NCBI RefSeq assembly: GCF_006345805.1
Contig: NC_043022.1
Span: 14,818,001-14,882,000 of the forward strand
DNA length: 64,000 nucleotides
Reading direction: 5' to 3'
Origin: Octopus sinensis
Lineage: Eukaryota
The translations under genes were made by a program, and so were the position numbers. The notes under the pieces are model-generated. The model saw nothing but the letters and a program-made list of their open reading frames with translations. It was not told the origin of the DNA and did not search any database. Positions 26,516 through 39,105 of this stretch are shown here, one piece after another (the stretch's first letter is position 1; every line of letters starts with the position of its first letter).

Positions 26516-27819
26516 GATGCTCCCAATTTCAGCAGCATAGATTCAAGAAAAGAAAGATTTTTGTTGTATTAAAACATGCAAAGAAGGGCCCCCACCACTT
26601 TGCATATAGGACTCAGGAGTCATTTTTAGAGACATCTTTGGGGGGAAAAAAAGTGTGTTTTACATACCCTAACCATCGAGGTTCCATCGAAGCAATAAGG
26701 TGTTACTCTGGTGCTCAACTATGAGCCCAGCGCATCTTATAATAGACACAGCTGTAAGCTAACGAAGTTCATAAGATAGTCATTTAATCTTCATATACCA
26801 TCAAATACGGTATATAATAAAAATAATCAAATCCCAATTAGTTGACAGTGTATGTGTATATTTGTATGTAGGGATCAGTATATAAACATATACATGTTTT
26901 CAGGGATCAACTCTAAGCCCTTATCAACTGTAACTGCCAAATGTTTTTCATGGTGACTGCTCCAAGACATATGAGAGGTAAATGTTGGCACATGTGGTTA
27001 TGATTTGCTTGTTGTATTTGAACTACTTCTTACAGCGTAGAGTACAGGCAGTTGTTCTATTGGTCCCCGCGAGATGAAGGCGGGTTATTCAAAATGAGAT
27101 CAGGCAACAAGAAAAAGAAAGAAAATGAGCACGATTTAGATCAAGAACTTGCCTTAATTTAATCAATATTACAAGTTGTCAGTTTGTTTTTCTACACTTT
27201 CCCCCCAATTTGAAGGGGTTGTGCTGAATGAGATTCACAAATGAAATTGCTATAACCTAATAAAACAAGATTTTTCTTTCTTAAAACCAACTGTGTGTGG
27301 GAGGGAGTGTGTGTGTTAGTATGTGGTGGAGGAGAAATATATAGACTGAATTAGGGCAGGGGAAACGATGCAGTTATAATGAGTTCAAATCCAGACAGGA
27401 GTACTTTTGTACATTCAGACAAAATAGCGGAATATATAAAACAATAAACTGACCCAGCAAAAACACACACACAAAAAAGTTTCCACAGATATAAACAAAA
27501 ACAAACAGTAATGAGATGGCACATGTCAGTAAAAAATGCAAATGACCATATTTTTTTTTACTTCTGGCCCTGTTTGATTTCTATTTTACCAGGATGGACC
27601 CTACTAGATTTTTAAAATCCTATTTATACTTTTTTAATTAAACATTATTAGGAATTGTTTAAAAACAATTGTTGAAATGTTTTGTGTATTGTAGAAATAT
27701 AAGCAATTTATTACTCATAAATTCTAACAACAAAATCTTATGTGGACCCTAAAGGGCCATATGGCCCCTGGTTGAAAACCAGTGATATACACACTCATAC
27801 ACAAAATACGTACATCTAT

Positions 27820-27967
27820 ATACTGTATTTGCTCATGCATAAGTAACTGAAAAAACTGGGGTGTGACTTATATATGGGGCAAAGCTAAAACTATGAAGGG
27901 ATAAAATTTTGAACCAAGATTTAATACTAAATTAAGGGGTGCGACTTATACACAATTAAATACTATA
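27820..27967. mobile_element. Tc1/mariner-pogo-type MITE, decayed
   Basis: Ends resemble TA|CCGTATTTACTCGTGTATAAG-type TIRs (ctgtatttgctcatgcataag ... cttatacacaattaaatact); related piece at ~58690-58808. Confidence 0.45.
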
Positions 27968-28976
27968 TATATATGTATATATATATATATACACACATAT
28001 ATGCACACACACATGCACTAACTTAATTACACCCATACACGTGTGGTACATATATAAACAATATAAACACACAGACAGACACACACTATACCCATAAATG
28101 AAGTCATAAAATATTCTAACGAAATAAAGTCTGACTCAAAAACTAAGCAGAAGAAATATAGAAAATAATAATAATAATAAAAAGAACTCAAAGCAAATTT
28201 TCAAACGAATGGAAAATTTAGGTGAACAACCTGGATTATATTTTCTAACCGCTCATGTCTTTTCTCGGTAACCATTCCTGTAGACCATGGTGTAAAACCT
28301 CCAAATTTGGTATCTGTTTTATCCGTTTTAAAGGGGTTTTGTTCACCCAAACCTGTCATTTTTGTTAGGGGTGGATTTCCTTGGTGATTTTTCTACCCTT
28401 TTTTTTTGTTTTTATGCTATTTTTTTACTTCTTCCTCTCAATGCTTTCTTTGTACCAACTTAATCTCGGGTCTTCTACATTTTCATTCGGTCTTTTTCTT
28501 ACAAAACTAACGTTCACACCTTCCAAACATTTGGAGATAAATTATCTGAAATATGTACTCTGTACATTCGTGTGTGTGTGTGTGTGTGTATATGAGAAAG
28601 AGAGAGAGAGAGCATGCTTTAAAAGTTTGTGTGTATGTGTGTCACGCGTGTGTGTGTGTTTGACAATGTCATGAATGAGGTTGGGGTAAAGGTTAATTAA
28701 CTTGCAGTAAATTTAAACGAGTTCAATTTTTTTCCCCCTTGCTGTATATATATAATAAATAAAGAATACTCAGACAACTTTCTCAGTGTTTGTTGTGTTA
28801 AGCAAATCAGCAAGAAATACATGCACAGAGTACCTGCCACACCACGCTTGTTTATATGTGTGTATATATGTAGGTGAGGTGTCTGTAAATGTGTATGTAT
28901 GTATGTATGTTTATATAAATATATACAAATGTTTACATGTATGTGTGTGTATACATATATATATATGTGTGTGTGT

Positions 28977-29195
28977 GTATATAAATATATATATATATGT
29001 AAATGTATATATGTATGTATGTGTATATAAATATATATATAAATGTATATATATGTGTGTGTATATAAATATATATATGTAAATGTATATATATGTGTGT
29101 GTATATAAATATATATATGTAAATGTATATATGTATGTGTGTGTATATAAATATTTATGTAAATGTATATATGTATGTGTGTATATAAATATATA
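28977..29195. repeat. 40-bp minisatellite (~5.5 copies) within a TA/TG microsatellite field (28830-29345)
   Basis: Unit GTATATAAATATATATATGTAAATGTATATATATGTGTGT, exact at 29061-29100 and near-exact in neighbouring units. Confidence 0.85.
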
Positions 29196-29367
29196 AATTT
29201 GCATGTATGCATATTTGTGTGTATATGTAGGTGTATGTATGTGCATGTGTATGAGTATGTCTGTTTATATTGTGTATGTGTCTATGTATATGGGTGTATA
29301 TGTGCATGTATGTGTGTGAGGGTGTATACATTATATATGTATGTTAGTGTTTGATCTACACACAGGG

Positions 29368-29405
<38 letters not shown>

Positions 29406-29919
29406 ATTGTTGTATCAGATTACATTACATATAACAAACATTCCATTAAGTTATGGGGGGGAAGAATAGAAAACAGGGGATTGAAAAGAACTGTGACACG
29501 CATAGTAAAAAAAAAATATACAAAAAACAACAACATAAAAATAAAACCAAAAATAGGGAAAAAGAGAGAGACTGAGTGTGTATAGTGAGAGGATGAAATG
29601 AAGCAGAAATGTAAAGATTTATTTACAATGCAGGAATGAATGACTATTTTTCACCTGAATTCACTTTAAAACTAATAATAATGATAAAAATCGAAGGAGA
29701 GTCGGGCTCGAGTGGGCACGATGAAAAATGTATGGGATTATGTGATTTTTGACTTCTGTCCAGATATCGGGGGGGGGGGGGTTGTCTTTCATCACGGAAT
29801 AGAAGATTAGTTAGGTATAAATATATTACAAGTTATCGCTGAGAAAGCACTTTAATAAAAGAAATAAATAAAACAATAGGTTTTTTTTTTTTTCATTCAT
29901 TCCTAGGCAGGTAATAGTT

Positions 29920-30132
29920 TATCATCATCATCATCATCACCACCACCACCACCACCACCATCATCATCCATCATCATCATCACCACCACCACCATCCATC
30001 ATCATCATCACCATCATCATCACCACCACCACCACCACCACCACCACCACCACCACCACCATCACCATCATCACCACCACCATCATCATCATCACCACCA
30101 CCACCACAACCACCACCACCACCACCATCATC

Positions 30133-30166
<34 letters not shown>

Positions 30167-30172
30167 TCACCA
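29920..30172. repeat. (CAT)n/(CAC)n trinucleotide microsatellite
   Basis: Read directly. Confidence 0.97.
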
Positions 30173-31051
30173 TTTTAACATCCACTTTTCCATACTTGCT
30201 TGGGTAGGATGCTGAGCCAGGTGCCTGTGAAGGTGCATGGCTCAGTGGTTAGAGCATCGGGCTCACAATCGTGAGGTAGTGAGTTCAGTTCCTGGATCAG
30301 GCTCTGTGTTGTGTTCTTGATCAAGACACTTTATTTCACATTGTTCCAGTTCACTCATCTGTAGAAATGAGTTGTGACATCACAGGTGCCAAACTGTATT
30401 GGCCCCTTTGCCTTTCCCTTGGATGACATCAATGGCATGGGGAGAAGAGGCTGGTATGCATGGGTAAAGGGCGGCGAGCTGGCAGAATCATTAGGATGCC
30501 GGGCGAAATGCTTAGCGGTATTTCGTCTGCTGCTACGTTCTGAGTTCAAATTCCGCCGAGGTCAACTTTGCCTTTCATCCTTTCAGGGTCGATTAAATAA
30601 GTACCAGTTACGCACTGGGGTTGATATAATCAACTTAATCCGTTTGTTTGTCCTTGTTTGTCCTCTCTGTGTTTAGCCCCTTGTGGGTAGTAAAGAAATA
30701 GGTATGCATGGGTAACTGCTGGTCTTCCATAAACATCCTTACCCTGGACTTGTGCCTCAGAGGGTAACTTTCTAGGTGCAATCCCATGGTCATTAATGAC
30801 TGATGAGGGAGTCCTTTTGGGTAGGACAGATTTATTAAGGCAAATTTTCTGCAGCTGGATGCCCTCACTGTCACCTATCCTCACCTGTTTCCAAGCAAGT
30901 AATATTTCCCCACACGGCAAGACATGTTCTTGCAGAATATTGGAAATGAATGACACTGAGGCTGCTTGTATTATGATGACATTCATTTACAGCTGTCACA
31001 TGATGTGGAGACAAGGAGACACAAACTCACGCACAGTCATATATCATCACC

Positions 31052-31082
<31 letters not shown>

Positions 31083-31780
31083 AGTCAACATCTGCTTTGC
31101 CATGCTTCCATGGATTGACTATAACATACTGAGACAGATTTTTCAATGGCCTGTTGTCCTTCCTGTTGCCAACCCTCACCTGTTTCCAGACAAAGGAATA
31201 TTTCCCCATGGCCAGCAAGTTTTTTTGGGGGGAGGGGGCGGGGAGTAAATTAATTACATCAACCCCAGAGCAGAATTTGAATTCAGAATGTGATTCTTTA
31301 ACAAAAAATAAACATTGTGATTGCGAGTGGGCCCCCTTGTAGTTGTGGGTAGGCACCCTTTGTCTCCTGGCAACCAATATTTTTAGACCCAGTGGCCTGT
31401 TTATCACCTACAGCCAGCACCATAGGGCCCTTTAGTGGAGTTCACTCTGTTGTAATCATACAGGCTAGTTTTCCAGTTTGAAGACAACCTCTGTTCTCTT
31501 TTCTCCAGTCTTGGAGGTCCTATAAAAGCTCAGGGCCTTAGTGATACAAAAAAAAAAAAGAAAAAAGGGGCATGATTGCTATGAAATACAGGCATGGGTG
31601 TGTGGTTAAGAATCTTGCTTTGAAACCATGTAGTTTCTGGTTCAGTTCCACTGCATAATACCTTGAGCAAGTGTTTTCTACTACTAGAAGCCTTGGGCTA
31701 ATCAATGCCTTGTAAGTGAATTTGGTAGGCACAAACTGTGTGAAAGGTCATCATATATACATATATGCATACATACATAT

Positions 31781-32152
31781 GTGGAGGCGCAATGGCCCAG
31801 TGGTTAGGGCAGCGGACTCGCGGTTTCGATTCCCAGACCGGGCTTTGTGAGTTTTTATTGAGCGAAAACACCTAAAAGCTCCACGAGGCTCCAGCAGGGG
31901 ATGGTGGTGATCCCTGCTGTACTCTTTCACCACAACTTTCTCTAACTCTTACTTCCTGTTTCTGTTGTACCTGTATTTCAAGGGGCCGGCCTTGTCACTC
32001 TCTGTGTCACGCTGAATATCCCCGAGAACTACGTTAAGGGTACACGTGTCTGTGGAGTGCTCAGCCACTTACACGTTAATTTCACGAGCAGGCTGTTCCG
32101 TTGATTCGGATCAACCGGAACCCTCGTCATCATAACCGACGGAGTGCTTCCA
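31781..32152 (+). mobile_element. tRNA-derived SINE, family D, near full length
   Basis: GTGGAGGCGCAATGGCCCAGTGGTTAGGGCAGCGG ... GGTTTCGATTCCCAGACC head; matches 3335-3686 and partial 43315-43500. Confidence 0.88.
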
Positions 32153-32485
32153 CATACATATGTGTGTGTATGTGTGTCGGTGCTTGTCCTCACCCACTGC
32201 TTGGCAACCAGTGCTGGTTTGTTTACATCCCCATAAAACTCTACCTCATCAAGATTGCTGTTGATATGACCATGAGCAGACAAGGAGTATCTGCTTACGG
32301 CCACGATAGCTGACGATAGGCAGTTGTGGAGAGATTTTACCTTTCCTCTTTCACTCATTTCAGGCATTACACTGCATCCATCTTGGGGCACCACCTTGAA
32401 GGCTTTAGCCAAACAAATCAATCCCAGCAGATTTTTTTTAAAAATTGGGTTCTTATTCTATCATTCCCTTTTGCTGTATCAATAA

Positions 32486-32742
32486 GTTGTGAAAGGTAGG
32501 AGAGTCCAGTTTGCTGGACATTGTTGTAGAGCTGAAAAAGAGGTAATTTCTCCTCTTCTCCTCTGGAAGCCATCTACTCACAATGCCAGAGGGCGCACAC
32601 TCTCCTACCCTGATGTAATCTCCAGGGATACAGGCATCCAGCAACAGGACATCCGTAATGCCATGATGGACCGTGAAGTCTGGCGTAGCATGGTAAATTC
32701 CATTGTCTCGACCACGGTCGAACAATGATGATGATGATGATC
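32486..32742 (+). mobile_element. RTE/RTEX-type LINE 3' end, 5'-truncated, (TGA)n tail
   Basis: Open frame KGRRVQFAGHCCRAEKEVISPLLLWKP...LSYPDVISRDTG...AMMDREVWRSMV*; AGH and DRxxW motifs are typical of RTE-like C-termini; followed by TGATGATGA. Confidence 0.85.
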
Positions 32743-33452
32743 AATAAGTTATGGGGATGAAAACAAACCAATACAGATTATCAAATAATGGTCGACATGC
32801 ACACACCACACACACACATGCATGCACACACATATACAGATGATGGGGTTCCACACAATTTCCATCTACCAAATTCCCTCACAAGGCATTGGTCAGTCCA
32901 GGGCTTTTGTAGAAGATACAAGCACAAGGTGCTACATGGTGGGACTGAACCTGCCACCATACAGATGAAAAGCAAGCTTCTTAACCACTCAGCCGTGTCT
33001 GTGTCCATCTGTAATGTTCTGCCACAAGTGGATTTTGATGGGATGAGGACATCTTTCTATGGGTTGGTCTGGAGCACCTTGTGAACATGTAATTATGGCC
33101 AGAACTGATGTGAGCTTGGGGACTTATACAGAACTGTGGGCTTTTTTTAGTCAAATTGGAAGCATGAGACTATGAGGGGTTGGGGACAGATTAGTGATGT
33201 CACCACATAACTTTAAAGTGACTAGTAATATGCAGACCAGGTGTGGGCAAACAGCAGCCCATGGGATTTTCTGAATAACTTGCCTAAGCAAAAAATTACC
33301 TCGAAATTTTCCAATAGAGCAACCTGCCTGGTGATGAGCCATGTCTCATGAGACCTGCTTTTCATAAAAGGCTGCCTATACCTGGTTTAGTGAAATACAT
33401 AATTAACAGGAAAATAGATTACGAGAAATCAAATACACAGAGAAAAGCTAAT

Positions 33453-33487
<35 letters not shown>

Positions 33488-33882
33488 CTGTCTCTCACAC
33501 ACAGAGTTTAGATATGCTCTGGCAATTATCTCTAAATGGATGTTGTGCTCCTGCATATATTTGAGTTTAATTTATTTCAAATGTATCAAAGAAGATTGAG
33601 AATTTAAAACGAAATGTAAAAGGAGGATAATAATTAAGATTAAAACTTCAAGGCTTCAATGGTATTTTGTAACAAAGTCTAAAAATATCATTACTACAGT
33701 TACAAAGGAAAACTGGAGGAGTGTGTGGATCCTATAACATAAATACAGAAGGCAAGGTGTGGCAATTGAAGCTGAAAGAGTATGAAAGGGAGAGCGGGAG
33801 ACAGAGGGAGAGAGAAAGAAGAGTGTGTGTGTTATTGATATATTTCTTTTAAAGACAAGCAAAGTCAGCTTAAGTAAACTAC

Positions 33883-33999
33883 CTGCTTATAACAGAAGTA
33901 TGAAAGCTCCCCTATTCAATATGTCTATGAATGAATGACATTCCAGGTATAATAAACAATCAAGGTAAGAACGAATGAAAGCAATGAGTGAATGATAAC
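33883..33999 (-). other. candidate non-coding internal exon (117 nt)
   Basis: Acceptor ctttcattaaatgtgttttcag|G, donor CAG|gtagtt; stops in all three frames, so UTR or poison exon if real. Confidence 0.35.
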
Positions 34000-34781
34000 C
34001 TGAAAACACATTTAATGAAAGCAGAGTGGAAGTCCAGTGAAATAATGTAGCGTAAGTATAACTACCACTAGTCTGAAGATTATCAAACAATGAAGGTTGT
34101 GGTGGACGGTGGTTGAGCTGTCGGTTAGTTTGGTCTGACATGTGTGTAATGATAAATATTTACTGTGTTGTTAACGAGCTTTCTTTGTGGCCATGTGGTT
34201 TGGGATTCAGTCCGGCTCTGTGGCACGTTGAGCAAAGTGTCTTCTAGAATAGCCCCAGGTTGGCTAATGCCGTGTGAGTGAATTTGGCAGATGAAAACTG
34301 TGTAGAAGCCCATTTATGTATGTACATATGTGTGTGTGTGTGTGTGTGTGTGTGCTTGTGTTTTTGATTGTCACTCCACACTGTTTGACAAATGGTGTCG
34401 GTTTGTTTACATTCCTGTAACTTAGTATTTCAGCAATAGCGCCCAACAAAATAAATACCAGTCTAAAAAAAAAAACTCTGAAGAAACTGATAAGTACTTG
34501 AGTCAGTTTGTTCAACTAAAAAAACCCTTCAAGATAGTGCCTCAGCATGGCCACAGTCCAGTGATTAAAACAAGTAAAAAGTAAAAGATAAAAAGAAAAA
34601 AAAAATGGAAATTTCTTCTAAAAATTACTTCAAGAGTCTCTGTGCTCTTCTAAGCCAACCAATTCTATCCCTCATCTCAAAACACTACTCTGTCAGATAA
34701 AGGGATGAGCTGGAGCTTAACAACAACATCAACAACAACGGCAACAACAGCAACAAATACATTTTCCATTTTAGTACTTAC

Positions 34782-35015
34782 ATTTTATATCATTTCATTG
34801 TGTAGGTCGTTATTCGGTGTTTGCGTGCAGCCCAAAATGCTTCCAAAATATTTGAAAATATTGTGTTATACCCCAAAACTACTGAGCTGTGTGTACCCTG
34901 GGGCATGTTACGATATATTATTTGAATCTGAATAACCGGCTGACGTGAATACCCGCCCTAACTACCCCCTCTCTGTTTACCTGTTTATGCTTGCTTGCTC
35001 GTAAAAAACGACAAG
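34782..35015. promoter_or_regulatory. candidate bidirectional promoter with divergent first exons
   Basis: CpG-enriched unique DNA with TGACGT (34941) and GC box CCCGCCC (34952); minus-strand donor AAT|gtaagt at 34782/34781 and plus-strand donor AAG|gtaaga at 35015/35016. Confidence 0.4.
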
Positions 35016-35247
35016 GTAAGAAATACGCTGAGAGCGAGGGGGGGGGGGAATATCTACTGTCCTCTTTCTTCTTCTTCTCTCTCGGTAAATACTTGGTTGA
35101 AAGTTTTTATATCATCCTTTTAATTTCCACACTTCCATTTTTGCATGGACAGATGGAGTTTTATTGGGGTAGATATTTTATAGCCAGTCGCCATGATAGA
35201 TTGTTAGCCACTACACACATTTTTCTCTCCTTTTTTTTCACTCCTTG

Positions 35248-35392
35248 TTTCTCTCCTTGTTTTTACTGTGTCCCTTTCTGTAGAAGAGCGTAGGCTCAAA
35301 ACATAAAAGACTTTTTCTATTCCTGAGCGTTATACTAATACATCTGTTTGTTTTGTACACCACCTGTCTTCGTCTTTTGTTTCTTTCGTAAA

Positions 35393-35440
<48 letters not shown>

Positions 35441-35595
35441 CTCTCTCCTTGTTTTTTCTGTGTCCCTTTCTGTAGAAGAGTGTAGGCTCGAAACATAAAA
35501 GACTTTTTCTATTCCTGAGCATTATACTAATACATCTGTTTGTTTTGTACACCACCTGTCTTCGTCTTTTGTTTTTTTCGTAAACTCTCCCTAGA
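35248..35595 (+). mobile_element. two tandem ~150-bp Penelope pLTR-like units separated by (TA)n, each with a hammerhead-like motif
   Basis: Units ~35248-35400 and ~35437-35595 are near-identical; copy 2 reads CTTT CTGTAGA A GAGT gtag GCTC GAAA CAT A AAAG. Confidence 0.65.
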
Positions 35596-36232
35596 TATTT
35601 CATAGTTGGATACACTTTGTCACCAAAGCTAACCCCTGTTTCAAAGCAAGGTAATATTTCTCCAGGACCAGGCATGTTTTCACCGAAGACTAGAAACAAG
35701 GGACCCCCACTTGTATGATGGAGACACTTGTTTATAACTAACACACGATGTCATGATAAGAAGATACACACATACACATATGCACACACACGTGTCTATA
35801 CCCCACTCAGTTGAGAAGGTTTTATCTTGGTGACCTCACTGGTGCTGGTGCCACATAAAAAGCACTTAGTACACTCCGTTAAGTGGTTGGTGTTAGGAAG
35901 GGCATCCAGTTGTAGAAACCCTGTCAAAGCAGACACAGAAACTTCCAAAGCCCTCCGGCTCATCTGTTCTTGCAAACTATCCAACCCATGCCATGATGAT
36001 GATGATGGCAGAAACGTTAGCATGCCGGGCGAAATGCGTAGCCGTATTTCGTCAGCTGTTATGTTCTGAGTTCAAATTCCACCAAGGTCGACTTTGTCTT
36101 TCATCCTTTCGGGGTCGATAAATTAAGTACCAGTTACGCACTGGGGTCAATGTAATCGACTTAATCCGTTTGTCTGTCCTTGTTTGTCCCCTCTATGTTT
36201 AGATCCTTGTGGGCAATAAAGAAATAAGAAAT

Positions 36233-36272
<40 letters not shown>

Positions 36273-36535
36273 AACTGCAAGGGTTAAATAATCCAGGCAT
36301 TAACCTTAGGTAGCACTCACACAATCAGCAGCTACCTGAAATTGTACAGAAGAGAATTTCTCCTGTGGAAACTTAGGTCTTCTCAAATAAGCAGAAAATC
36401 CATAAGGTTTACTTCTGTCGTTGTCGTCATCACCATCACCACCACCACCACCACCACCACCACCATCACCATCACCAATAATAACATTTAAAAAAGGACC
36501 TTACGAATGAGAACCCAGGTTCGAAATTTCCTCGA

Positions 36536-36581
36536 GACACCTGATGAAGGCTGGAGGGTATATCAGCCGAAATGTTGTGTT
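36536..36581 (+). ncRNA. minimal type I hammerhead ribozyme (Penelope-like)
   Basis: GACAC CTGATGA A GGCTG gagggtatat CAGCC GAAA TGT T GTGTT: stem I GACAC/GTGTT, stem II GGCTG/CAGCC, short stem III ATGT (ACGT-like palindrome with one C>T), extra A after A9. Confidence 0.7.
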
Positions 36582-37685
36582 AACAACAAACAAGATGAGG
36601 ACAAATATCCGTCAAATGTAAATAATGTAAATAAATAGAATAAATGTAATGCCATATACTCCATTCTTCATTTATTTTACACACACACACACACTGAGCT
36701 TTTTTCAGACTTTTGTTGACTCAGAGTTGTAGAAAAACACATTTGTCAAAGGTGTCATGCAGTAGGATTGAACCTGAAACCATGTGGTTCTTAGCCACAC
36801 ACCCATGTTGAAGCAGGTTTCCCTTAACCTCCACCCTACAACAGCATGGTTACCCTCATTCCACCTGTATTTCTTCTCTAATGGACTAGGAGTGATATCA
36901 AGTTTCCAATACGGTGTAGATTAAGGAAACAATAAATCAGACAGAACCGGCGGCTCGTTAGCAGCTCATGTAATATTAATTCAACAGTAATCCAGCAAGA
37001 CCGTTAAGCAAAGCAGTTCATTAATATTGAGGGCAGCATTGCGCAACGCAGGATTAACCCTATGAAAGATGCATGAGAGTTTGAAACTTAAATGGATGGA
37101 CTAGACATATAAAAAAAAGATCCAGACAAACTGGGAAGTTGAGCTAGCAGAAACGTTAGCACGCCAGGCGAAATGCGTAGCCGTATTTCGTCTGCCGCTA
37201 CGTTCTGAGTTCAAATTCCGCCGAGGTCGACTTTGCCTTTCATCCTTTCGGGGTCGATAGATAAAGTACCAGTTTCGCACTGGGGTCGATATATTCGACT
37301 TAATCCCTTTGTCTGTCCTTGTTTGTCCTCTCTATGTTTAGCACCTTGTGGGTAATAAAGAAATAGGTATTTCGTCTGCCGCTACGTTCTGAGTTCAAAT
37401 TCCACCGAGGTCGACTTTGCCTTTCATCCTTTCGGGGTCGATAAATAAAGTACTAGTTTCGCACTGGGGTCGATGTAATCGACTTAATCCCTTTGTCTGT
37501 CCTTGTTTGTCCTCTCTATGTTTAACCCCTTGTGTGGGCAGTAAAGAAATATATAATCATATTGAGACAAGAGACAGAGATAAAACTTATTAAGTTCTCA
37601 GTGTCTTTGGTATTAAGATTATCAAATTGTTTACACCGGTAGATTATGTATTAGTTGGAGTGGTGTCTCCATCTTGGTTGTTACT

Positions 37686-38055
37686 TTTCATTACATTTTA
37701 GCTTTGTACCCTCTGACCTTCTTCAGGTGTCATATGATCCACCTTAGTGCCTTGCTTGGGATTGAACTTATAACTTCTAGGTGACTGCACTGCATTAACC
37801 AATGCTTTTATCCAATGTTTGTAGGCTATTTCAGAGCAAATTTTTAAGGCTTATAAACCTCCATTTGGTTCCATACCAATTGGACAATGCAATTCTATAT
37901 TTCACTGTGAAACTGCCTACAGACATAGTGTAGTGGGTAAAGGTGCTGGTCAATGCAGTGCAATCACCTAGAGGTTCTGAGTTCAATTCCAGACAAGGCA
38001 TTAAGGTGTATCACAAGACACTTCAAGAAGGCTGGAGCATACATCAGCTGAGATG
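37686..38055. mobile_element. head-to-head inverted pair of tRNA-headed elements ending in a decayed hammerhead
   Basis: Arms ~37686-37826 and ~37915-38055; A box TAGTGTAGTGG, B-box-like GAGTTCAATTCC, then GACAC(CTGAAGA/TTCAAGA)AGG... homologous to 36536-36581. Confidence 0.6.
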
Positions 38056-38589
38056 ATGCTGGTGTGTTTACGTCCCCGTAACTTAGCGGTTCAGCAAAAA
38101 AGACTGATAGAATAAGTACTAGGCTTACAAAGAATAAGTCCTAGGGTCGATTTGCTCGACTAAAGGCGGTGCTGCAGCATGGCCACAGTCACATGACTGA
38201 AACCAGTAAAAGAGTAAATAAATTTGTGGTGTAAATTTGCCCTGGGTCAGCTCTGAAGATGCCCACCGCTAATGAATTGTTTTTGATGATTGACAGGAAC
38301 CAGATTATAACTGATCCAACAAAACTGCAGAGATGCCTGGGGCCAATCAACCACATAGTCTTGGAGTCTTGTAGTAGTAAGATAGAAACTTGATAATGTT
38401 TGTTTCTTGCTTCTAACTCACTTACCTCAGAAACTACAATAAGAAGCTACAGTAACAAGCAGCTGATAATATCATACCTTGATTACGAAAAAAGTACCTG
38501 GTGAAGCAGAGTCCCAGAGCTTGTTGTTACCAAACACCCACTTTATTTCAACTGTCTTAGATTACTTGAACTAGAGCAGGCAAGGGTAT

Positions 38590-38602
38590 ATATATACATA
38601 TA

Positions 38603-38651
<49 letters not shown>

Positions 38652-39023
38652 GTGTGTGTGTGTATTTATGTATGTATACGCACACATACACACACATATA
38701 TATACACATATATGTATGGAGAGAGAAAGATTGTGACAGATAGACAAACAGACATTGGTTGCAGGAGAGGGAGAGATGGAAGGAGAGAGGGGGAGACAGA
38801 AACAGAGAGGGATAGAAAGAGAGGGAAGGAGAGAGGGTGAGACAGAAACAGAGAGGGATAGAAAGAGAGGGAGAGAGAGCAATGGAGAGAAAGAGAGGGC
38901 ATGAGGGAGGGAAGCAGGACAATAGCAATAGAGAGAGAGAGAGAGAGAGAGATGAAGGAGAAAAACAGGGGAAAGATAGAGAGAAAAAAAGAAAAAGGAG
39001 AGAAGGAAAGAAATAGAAAGAAA

Positions 39024-39102
<79 letters not shown>
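38590..39102. repeat. (TG)n and (GA)n microsatellite field
   Basis: Read directly. Confidence 0.95.

Positions 39103-39105
<3 letters not shown>

Noticed and set aside
26904-27256. Exon-like units on either strand near 27 kb
   Set aside because: Stops in all frames, the minus-strand one needs a GC donor, and such signals arise by chance in AT-rich DNA.
28217-28351. 13-bp inverted repeat (TTTAGGTGAACAA / TTGTTCACCCAAA) as a MITE
   Set aside because: No TSD and no second copy; evidence is insufficient.
31781-31860. tRNA gene calls for SINE heads
   Set aside because: A/B boxes are present, but each head runs into SINE body sequence and lacks a complete cloverleaf and terminator.
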